Origin: Mesotaenium endlicherianum
Lineage: Eukaryota
Reading direction: 5' to 3'
Assembly (NCBI GenBank): GCA_009602735.1
Contig: WELA01000805.1
Span: 62,001-93,614 of the forward strand
DNA length: 31,614 nucleotides
Shown here in pieces: positions 22,606-31,614 of the stretch. How positions within the stretch are numbered: the stretch's first letter is position 1; the number at the start of each line of letters is the position of its first letter. Both the position numbers and the translations under genes were made by a program. Under the pieces are notes generated by a model. That model was not told where the DNA came from and did no database searches. It saw only the letters and a program-made list of their open reading frames with translations.

Positions 22606-22962
22606 TCAGTCGTCAACAACGACCCGGGCCACAAAAAAATCCCCAGGCATTACTTACCACAACTTAGAGCTCCCCACTTGACCCAGATATACTTTCAGCG
22701 AGGGTTATCGAAGTGCAGGAACGATCGTCGAGACACGGTTGCACTTGAGAGGCCCCCTCACAGGCATTCAAAGTTCACAGAACCGTGTCAACGTGGCAAG
22801 AATCGACTGGAAGAGCTTTTCTTTGATATATTTGACTATATCTATTTTTCTTCCCCTCCACAACCTTCTATCTTCTCTGTGTACGCAGCAGCTAGCTGTC
22901 CAGCCAGGTGCCCATCAAGACGCTGAACACTGCATTGTTCTGAAAAGCAGGCCCCCTAGAGG

Positions 22963-24007
22963 ATGGCCCAATGTCTGGACTGCTACTCTGTTGATGTATA
23001 TGGGGGTGAAAAGGAGGAGGCCACGGCAGCTAAGTGGCAAAAGCAGTTTCTGGTGAACGTTTTTGAGGTGCAGCAGCAACGGCTGCAGAAGCTCCAAGAG
23101 GAGTTGAGGATAGCCGAGGGGCCGTGGACGACCAGCCAGTTTCAGCAGAGAATATGCCAGCGTATGCGAAGGTTAGAAGAGTTCCAGGGCGAGCTGTGAG
23201 AGGCTGGACGGTTTTAAGGAGCAGAAGCGGCAACTGCAGCAGCAGCAGCAGCAGGAGCTACAGGGAGAATCTGGGGTGGAGGAGCACGAAGAGGAGCAGG
23301 AGCAGGAGCAGGAGGAGGGGCAGGAGCAGGAGGAGGGGCAGGAGGAGGAATTGCAGGAGCAGGAGCAGGAGCAGAAGGACGAGGAAAAGGAGGAGGAGGG
23401 GGGGGAGCAGGGCACTCCCGGGGCCTTCTCTTCTCTCCTGCAGCAGCAGGAGGCGCAGGTGCCCCGTGCGCGGGCTCACATTCCAATCCTGGCTCTCATT
23501 GAAACCGATGACGAGTACGAGCTTGCCTGCAACTCCGTGCCTGAATCGCTCTGCAGTCTCAGCAGCTGCAGCAGCAACTGCAGCTCTCCCACTTCTGCAT
23601 TTCGTCTGATAAGGGCCCCGGAGAAGCCGCTAAGCTCTTGCCCCCCCCACCAGGCCAGGAGGCTTTTCGGCAAGCCAGAGGGAGAGCAGCAGCGGCAGCT
23701 GCCTCTTAAGCGCCAGCGGCCACCGCAAGATGGCCCCCCAGAGGGTCGCTCGAAGAGGCAGAGGACCCGCGCAAAGGGGCGGAAAACGTCGTCGAGGAGG
23801 AAGCCGAGGCTCACTGCGAAAACGCGGAGAAGTGCGGATGTGCTGGAGTGCGCGCCTCGCGCGGCAAGGAGTCCCTCTCCGTCCGTCGAGGATCACGAGA
23901 GGATATTGCGCGAAATGGAGGCCACCATCCAGGTATGCCACTCTCTAAGGCCGCCGGCAGTGTGGCAGTGTGGCTGTGGGGCTCAGGGTGGTGGCTATGT
24001 CAGCTAA
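22963..24007 (+). pseudogene. Glu/Gln-rich, then Ser-rich and basic protein of unknown function, split by a +1 frameshift near 23197
   Basis: ORF 22963-23199 (coiled-coil-like) joins the frame of ORF 23276-24007 if one base in GAG CTG T GAG AGG is removed. No domain recognised. Confidence 0.4.
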
Positions 24008-24137
24008 GGGGTGGCTGCTTTTGCAAGGTGCCAATATTGCCCCACACGCACTGCCCACAGATTTTATATACTTGTATGCACAGTTTGTGTGTGTATTCGT
24101 GTGTGTCTGTATGTGCGTGTGTGTGGGGGGGTTGGGG

Positions 24138-24183
24138 NNNNNNNNNNNNNNNNNNNNNNNNNNNNNNNNNNNNNNNNNNNNNN
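24138..24183. other. Assembly gap in a poly-G/GT tract
   Basis: N run. Confidence 0.99.
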
Positions 24184-25597
24184 TGGGGGGGGGAGGGGGG
24201 GAGGGTGCGTGTGTGTGTGTGTGTGACTGTTTACACGTCTCTTTGTATCATCTATGGGAATGTGCAACTGATTGCAGTTAAGATTTATAGTGGAATCTTG
24301 ACTGTACACCTTATGGGCCCGCTCCAGTCTTCAGCAAAAGGTTGAGTTAGCTTGTGTAGAGGGGACTCCTGGTTTTAGGGCCAGGGGTTCAGGGTTTTGC
24401 GCTGTGTGCCGGGCTAGGTCTTGCTGGCACCTGCTTGCGGACTTCCTGATCCCTCCTGAGTGTGCCCGATCATAACAGAAGGCTTGACTTGTACTTTCAC
24501 CGTAGGCTTGCATGTGTCTTATTACCAGGCAAATGTATATATATGGATGAGCTCTCTTTGTATTGACCACAGCGTTGCAATTTCTTTATGTTACTTTTTT
24601 TTTTTCTGGCGCTTCAGTCCTTCCTGCATCCATTTACGAGTGGGCCGCGATAGTCTTCACCATGTGTCATATGAAGGCCAACACCAGGCCAATGAATGAT
24701 ATGAAGGAGAGAAGATTGGGAACGTGGCGCAAACACGCCACAAAGGCTCTCGAGAGTTTCTGGTGAAGTTCAGTCTGTGTACAGGAATCAAGATTTGTGG
24801 GGGGGGAATGTTGTGTGGAGTACCGGCCCCTTGTGTGATGTGTTTTGTTTAAAGATACTGCCTTTTCCAACTTTCATGATCCAGAACATTTCAGGGCCGT
24901 TGTACATAGTAATGCTCACTGCCACATAAGATTCAAATAGTGTACGTGTTCGCCTAATATGGCTAAATGCCCAACACAACGAAAAGGAGGTAGGTACTCA
25001 GGTACTAGCTCAGGTACTCTCCCTCTGGTTTGGTTGAGATAGTCGTTCTAGTAGTATGTTGTCAACGTCGTACTGTGCATACGAACGAGTGAACAACATC
25101 GAGGTAAAATGTACAGTAGGATGAATCAAACTGTGACTAGTGTAACCTCAGGTGGACAGTGTTGCACTGATGAGCTCAGCTAAATGAGGCACTCTTATTG
25201 AGACGGTAGATTAAAGGTGTAAATTAAAGATTTGCTTCTTAATTATGCATGTGTTCAACAAGTTTGCCACTTCTTTGAGCTTTTTGAAGGCTTGAATGTA
25301 GACATATATATATTTGTTAATCAAGATTTGCATGGCTTCAGCATTGTAATGCAAATGCTGTATTCTAAGAAAACCTACGCTGTGTTTTGCGTTTGTCTGA
25401 TATCTTAGTAACGGGTGTTCAGCATGATGCAATTGCCAAGTACTCACAATCACCAGGACTGACAAGGCGTGCTGTGCCCATCAGCCAACGCGTGCTATGT
25501 CCCAAAATTAATGAGAATGGCACACGCCTTGAACATGGCAATCCCGGTCCAAAAGACTAATTATAGCCAATGAAGAGTTGCCCGACCATCTTAATAC

Positions 25598-27649
25598 TCA
25601 ATCTGCTTGGGCCGAACCTGAAGCGAGCCCCTTCACAGCCACAGTGCACTGGTACCTGCCCAAGCAGAGATGCTGCACTCGTTAAGAGCATAAACCTACA
25701 GGAAACACAATAATACGAAATAAGCATACTTCAAAAGACGTACTTATTGACTGATGATGACTCTAACGTCTCCATTAGTCTTCTGTTAGCACCCTACATC
25801 ATTCTCGTCTCACCATATTCTTGCTTCAGCTGCAAGGCTGCCCCCTACTTCAAGTTTGTCCGCCGACAAATCACTATTGAGGCTGCTGTCAGCTGACTGA
25901 GTGTGTAGCCTGATGACTACGGGCTCTGCCTGCAACCCACTTACAGCACAAGGGGAGAAGATGACACGGCGAGAATCGTTAGTCCTTCTCACAAAATGCA
26001 GAAGAACTCAAGAAAGCAATGTGAGAAACTTCTAGTCAAGTAAACCAGAATGCCTCTACTGATAAATACCAAAAGAACTGCTCATGACTGCAGGAGCAGA
26101 CACAAGCTTCTAAAAACAGACAGCTCGAGAACGCAAGGCTTCAACTTGAAACAATGAAGCTTCCCCTCTGTTCCTATCTGTCTATGCCCAGGACTGGTTA
26201 TCATTGCAAGAAGGCATGGGCAGAATTTGGGAATGTCTTAGCCTTGCTGTCCGCGCACAGGACCGACACTGATGCAACTGGTAAACCTCTTGGAATGTAT
26301 AGCCATGGTAGTCAAAGAGAAAACATATATACCCAAATTTTTGAATAAGGCGGAGTGGATAATAGAGGCCCGGTGGGCGACCTTTTTCATAACAAGATTA
26401 TAGTCTTGCTTAGGTAAGAAATCATTCACAGGCTCGTGGAGGGTGTTCCCTTCCAAGAGTAAGAAAAACCTCAGGGGTCCTGCATGTGTCGACACAAGAT
26501 GATGGTCAACGCAAAGCATGCTCTGAGGATATGTGTGCATCATATTTGCTGCACAATGTAGTTGATGGGTAAATTGTCAGTTTTTGAGAGGGAATACCTT
26601 GGCGCTTATATGGAAGGTCTGCCAGAACCATTTCCCTGATGACCTGACAAAAGGTTGCCAGGTCAGCAGAACATGGCTCACGTCAGGTTTGACATATGAA
26701 GTATAGATGTCTTACCAAAACTTACCAAAACCACTTGATTGCCACAAGGTAATAGAAGGTACATAGTAGCCAAATGTTTAACTTTTAAGGCTTCAATATG
26801 CCATCGGCAACACCTCTTGTGCAGGGTGCTGAAAAGGTATCAGTTCCTTTCATCAATTTGTACATGTGTTACAAATAATATTCATGATGTGAAGACTTCA
26901 TGCGCTTTTAGACGCGGATAGGTGCTTACCTTTCTGGCTATAACGGAGCTTGGTCCTGTCGTTTGCATTTCTGCTGCAATTGGTGCATCTCTATCATCAA
27001 GGTCAAGTCCATATTCCCCGCTCTTGAACAGGATATGATATACTTCTTTGGGTCTTTCTGACGAACGCCCCAATAGAAGAAGAGCACCACACAAGCGAGG
27101 TATTTCCTTCACAGCTTGCCTTAAAGCTGTGAGTAGTGACTCTATGCTGCTGATACATCTAGCAATCGCTTTCTGTTTAGATGCTCCTCTTCTCCACCTC
27201 CGTCTTGCAATAGGTGTACATTCCTCTTCTTGATTGGTGGCAGCAGCCTGTTCAAAATATTTCATACAGCATGTTAACAACGTCTACTTTGTCATGACTA
27301 GGGATTCCATCTTGCTTACACGTCTACCAATCTCTATTTGTTCAGATGCTCCTCTTCTGCGCCTCCCCGTCCAGAAGGAGCACATTCACAAATAAGATGG
27401 TGGCAGCAGCCCGTTCAATAATATTCCCTACATATTTTGTATTCAACATATTACTCATGATGACCTATTTAGTTATGCACTTTGAGGCGTTTGGTGCACG
27501 CACTTTGTGTTACTCACTTGCTGGCGACACAGATCGTCAAATGGTGCTGGAAGCTGTCCGTGCATGAAGAGTACGTTCTTAATGCATTCGGCAAGTACAT
27601 GTTGTAGCATATTTGCATCAAGGCTCGGAGCATTTAGCTGTATATCCAT
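25598..27649 (-). CDS. MAD2L1BP: p31comet / MAD2L1-binding protein (HORMA-like), 6 exons: 27649-27518, 27247-26930, 26643-26598, 26479-26382, 25929-25814, 25655-25598; 255 aa
   Basis: All introns are GT-AG with consistent phases, giving 768 nt. Motifs ECIKNVLFMHGQLPAPFDDL, LLLGRSSERPKEVY, RKVIR, GPLRFFLL, FLPKQDY and IWYQC...KGLA follow the order I recall for plant p31comet. An extra 5' exon cannot be excluded. Confidence 0.88.
27285..27430 (-). repeat. Dead tandem duplicate (pseudo-exon) of the 5' half of p31comet exon 2
   Basis: Homologous to ~27120-27265 (offset ~163-167 bp). The acceptor GAACAG has become GAACGG and there are indels. Confidence 0.8.
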
Positions 27650-28219
27650 CGAGTTTGCAAATTTTGATGATTCGGCCCAATCTGACTATCAAATAGTGTG
27701 GCAGGAAGCTACTGGTATATGTTTGTGATATGACGCACATTAGCAGTTCGGAGAGTTCAGTGACAGTCTCTCCATGCATTAACAGCTTTCTGCAGGGCAA
27801 GAGAATGCTAGGGGCAATCATTTAGGGAGTTGAAGCAAAACTAAGTGAAACTCCGGGCACCGTGAAACAGCGTCCAACAACGTCGTGAAAGAAAGTAGTA
27901 AGATATGGTCAAATTGTATATCATACAAATAAGCATTGATTATAGCTCGTAACTACGCGCGTGTACGAAGGCTTCCGTTCGCTCCCATCACCGTATGAAT
28001 TTACATGAACGTACTATGCTTCAAAATGAACTTCAGCAACGAGCATTCGAAATATTGACACTCGGGACACCGGAGGAGCACAAGGGTCTCACTGGAGAAG
28101 CCAAGAGCACTAAAGCTGAATCCGGAGTGTCAATAGTAACACTCAGTTGGCACTAGCTGGAATGAATAGTTAAGGGTAGGCTTGCTAGAAAATGCTCTGG
28201 AACCTTGTAGTTGATAAGG

Positions 28220-31200
28220 ATGTCTCTGGAAGCAGAACAGGCTGCTTTGTGCGCAGTATCTGACGCCAATTATAAGACAAGTTTGGAAGCACTATGCCAA
28301 CTGGGGCAAGATGAGAGTCTGCCGGAATCTGATATTGCGAAAGAATTTTATACCTTTCTCAGTAATATTCTAGACGATTTCAACGACGAGCTGAAACTCA
28401 CAAAAGCAGCACCATATACAGAAGAGTCATGGCTGGCTCATTTAGAGCTCGTATTCTCTGTCAGAACGTTTTACATAGATGTCTTCAGGACGATGCGGAG
28501 GTCGTGGGCGTTCGGTCCATCTGTGAATCACCCGGCTGCAACTACTGCTGCTCGGTACGTCTAAGGACCTGCGGTCGAAGTCAAGAAGCGCTGGGCTTGC
28601 AACATAAGATACACAACTCTCTCATAGACGTACCAAGCCTCAATATATAAAGTTTCTAGTAGGGCTTCACTTTTCTGACTAGATCACCAAGTCTCAAGTG
28701 CTAATGGGCGGATCAGCCGGCCTGTGTAGTGGTTACGCTTGCTGATCTTTGAACCTGGTACTGGCTCTTGCAGGAGCCAGACGTTGGCATGCATAGAGAA
28801 GCTGCAGAGTGCTCTAAAGGAGGACGAGGCCCTCCGACTTGCAGCCTGCAGCCCTGATGAGCACCCCATGGTGCTGCGGCTGACGAGGCGCTACAAGCTG
28901 TCACCTGCAGAAGCGGATCTGTTTCAACTGCTCTTCATGAGAGGGGCGACCAAGTCTCGCTCAGTCAAAGCTGTCCTTGGTATGCTCCACGTCACATGCA
29001 CTCGACGTGACTCTGTGTCAGTAACTTGGGGGTGCTTCGATCTGCTCGCTGGGGCGTTGTCACAAAGTTTTCCAGGCATGATATAGCTCACTGGCTTGGG
29101 TTGCAGCCAATCGAATTGGAAAACAGAAAAAATTAGCAGATGCTTTGGGAGCAGATGCTTTGGGTCAATTCCCTTTTCCCATGGCCTCACTACCAAGATC
29201 TCTCCCCTCATGATGAGAAACATGTTCGTGAAAGTCACAAGTAGACCAGCATGACTCATGCTGTCCATAGCACATGAGAAAAGCAGGCCGGTATTGTCCG
29301 TTACTTCCTTTAACTCTCTCTCCACCTCCTCCCCTCCATCCTTGAAGGCAGAGCACCTCTCAGGCAGTCCCTGAGGCAGTCATTATTGTCGGAGGTGGCT
29401 TGACAAAGGCAAAGCTGGGCGGGCGTGACTTTGGATCGACTTTGATTCTTTGGAGCAGCCGCTCAGTTATCTGCGCTGTCAGTCACAGGCTGGGGCTAGC
29501 TCTTGGCAAAGCCTCGGGGCCAGAGGGCAGCATGTGACTCGGGCTCCTCCTCTTGCAAGCACGTATCCCGCACAATACATGCACACAAAGCCCAGCCTAA
29601 GTAGTGAGATGATGGTGTGTGTGAAGGGCTCTCCGTTGCCTGGAGGCCGCGGACTTGTGAGGCTCAGCCTTGTCACACAGTGAGTGAAGGGTCATCAGAG
29701 GATTGCAACGACGGATTTTCTCTAGCTTTATTTTTGTGGTGGAGAGGGTTGAAGAGAGGGTTTGATTGCTTGAGAAATGGGGCCCTGGGGGCGGGGGGGG
29801 GGNNNNNNNNNNNNNNNNNNNNNNNNNNNNNNNNGGGGGGGGGGGGGGGGGAGATAGATTGAGATTCTTAGACTAGATCTGTGGGAGATCCTTTTTTTAA
29901 AATAAGCGGTTGTTATGATCCACAAACACCATGAGACAGATAGTTTGGTGCTCCTGTGCACGAGAATTACTCTTGCCCCCCATTCTTCAAGGGTTTCGGG
30001 TTTAGGACTTGGGCCGCTTGCAAGCTGGTGCATCTGGGCATTCTATCAGCCAATCGAGGTTTAAAGGCTTAGGCTTTGGCCTCCCTTCCGCAGCCCTACT
30101 GTGCCTGGAGGTTCAAGTGCTCTCTCTGTCAGCAAGGAACAAAGGAAGGAAGGAAGGGTGGTGACGTTGGCCCCTCCATGCGTGTGAGCGGTTCGTGGGC
30201 TGCCGGGGGAACAGCTGGCGGCGGCAAGACGGAGGAGAGGGAGCTGCTGACGGACGTTTGCAGCCTCAGCACGCTGGAGCTGGAGGAGTTTCTCGACGAC
30301 AAGCGGCTGCACATGATGGACGGGGTCATCCTCGACAGCATGGTACGCTTGTTCGCATACGCGGCCACGGCCCGATGGCGCCACCTTCTCCCCCTCAGAG
30401 CCTCCCTCCTCCTTTGCAGGAAGCAAGTATATGATCCCAGAGGCACGCAAATCGACAACATCGTTCGAACATGCTGGGCCATGCATGCTGCTCACAAACG
30501 CCTGACTGCACGACACTTGCCCTCTCCTACAAGTGATGTTCGCGCAATCAGAAAAAGGACGATGGCCAGGCTTCCATTTTTGCAGGCCGCTCACGGTACC
30601 CCGAAGTCCTGTGCGGTCTCACTCTCGGCTGGCACGGCCGAAATGCACACGATCAGCGCCACGTGTCTGGCCGTGCATTGACGGGCCCAAGGAGGGATAG
30701 GTGCGGCTCGAGTGCACTCGGTCACAACAGGGCTTATCGTCACCCTTATGCCTTAAACCTTTTCCCTAGAGCACGCACAACGCTGAGCTCTGAAAGCAGA
30801 GGCCATGGCTTCTCCCGAGCTTTTGCTCGAGGAGTAGCGCTGGAGCTTGAGCCGGCGTGAGAGAGATGCCATGTGTCAAGCGATAGCCCCTAACCAGCAT
30901 CCCCCTACTCTGGAGACTCGTGAATCCTGCATGCCAGAAGTCAGCCTTAGTCAGCCCTAGCCCCTCCAGCGTCGCCCTCACGATAGTAATGACCTCAGCG
31001 CCGAAAGCGGGGGGCGAGAGCTTCCACGAGGGTGTGTCGGGGAGCCAGCCTTTAGCTGTGCGGTCTCGGGCTTTGGAACCCTAAAACTCAGGCTATGAGC
31101 CGGGCGAGGGGGGATCAGAGTTTATCTTTGATTGTGGATCGTCATTATTATTGACCGCAGACAAGGGAGCGCCTCTTCTGGCTGTTGCTCCAGCTGGCAC

Positions 31201-31484
31201 TCTTCTACATTCTGTTGCTGGCCAGTCTCGTCCATTGATTGAATCTAAGCCCCTCCTTGCATCGAGGACGATGATGACCATGATTGCGGCGACTGCGGGT
31301 GGCGGGACCGCATGTGAGTGCGCTGGCGGGGGGGTGACGTGGCGGGCGGCAGGACGACTACGACGGCAAGATGATGCGCATGGCGAGCGAGGCGGTGTCG
31401 GTGTTGCTGCTGCGCCCGCTCACCACGGAGCAGCGCCTGAAGCTCAGCAAGACGGAGCTGCTCTCTGTCATGGACTCCCACAAG
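28220..31484 (+). CDS. 5' part of an unidentified multi-exon gene; predicted exons 28220-28554, 28774-28979, 30215-30342, 31353-31484; probably continues beyond the window
   Basis: Four GT-AG-bounded segments join in compatible phases (2, 1, 0) into a helical protein (MSLEAEQ..., RLTRRYKLSPAEADLFQLLF, LEEFLDDKRLHMMDGVI, RPLTTEQRLKLSKT). It loosely resembles N-termini of some AAA+ ATPases, but no Walker motif is in the window. Confidence 0.65.
29803..29834. other. Assembly gap in a poly-G tract
   Basis: N run. Confidence 0.99.
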
Positions 31485-31614
31485 GTCACACTCACACTCG
31501 CGCTTATTGTTCCGACCTCGCCGCCTCCGCCTGCTGCTGCTGCTGCTGCTGCCGCTGCCCCTTCCTCAGCTGCTGCTGCTTCTTCTTCTGCAATCTCCGA
31601 GGCTTCTCCCCCCC

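Noticed and set aside
27618..27821. ORF as the p31comet first exon
   Set aside because: It is in a different frame from the conserved VLFMHGQLP exon, which has in-frame stops shortly upstream of ATG 27649.
28220..31484. Calling the divergent gene PCH2/TRIP13
   Set aside because: No resemblance to the PCH2 N-terminus as I recall it, and no Walker A/B motifs in the window.

Overview
Eukaryotic genomic DNA with GT-AG introns, plant/algal-type transposons and telo-box motifs. A green-plant or streptophyte-alga origin is likely, but the species cannot be determined. The left half (1-~15.6 kb) is a nest of transposons built on a decayed Ty1/copia element. That element is cut in its RT by a >7 kb hAT DNA transposon (right end at 7123, pseudogenised BED/DUF659/dimerisation transposase, telomere-motif satellite upstream). 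It is cut in its RNase H by a full-length minus-strand Ty3/gypsy chromovirus (7826-13963, TSD GTCGG, intact pol, frameshifted gag, LTRs that share only 258 bp), and in its 3' end region by a 908-bp MITE with an 8-bp TSD. The middle (16-25 kb) holds disrupted low-complexity ORFs, microsatellites and an 845-bp PIF/Harbinger-type MITE. The right end holds a complete 6-exon p31comet/MAD2L1BP gene (minus strand) with a dead duplicate of part of exon 2. It lies head-to-head with the 5' part of an unidentified multi-exon gene. No CRISPR array, rRNA or convincing tRNA was seen. All family assignments come from motif recognition by eye, not from database searches.
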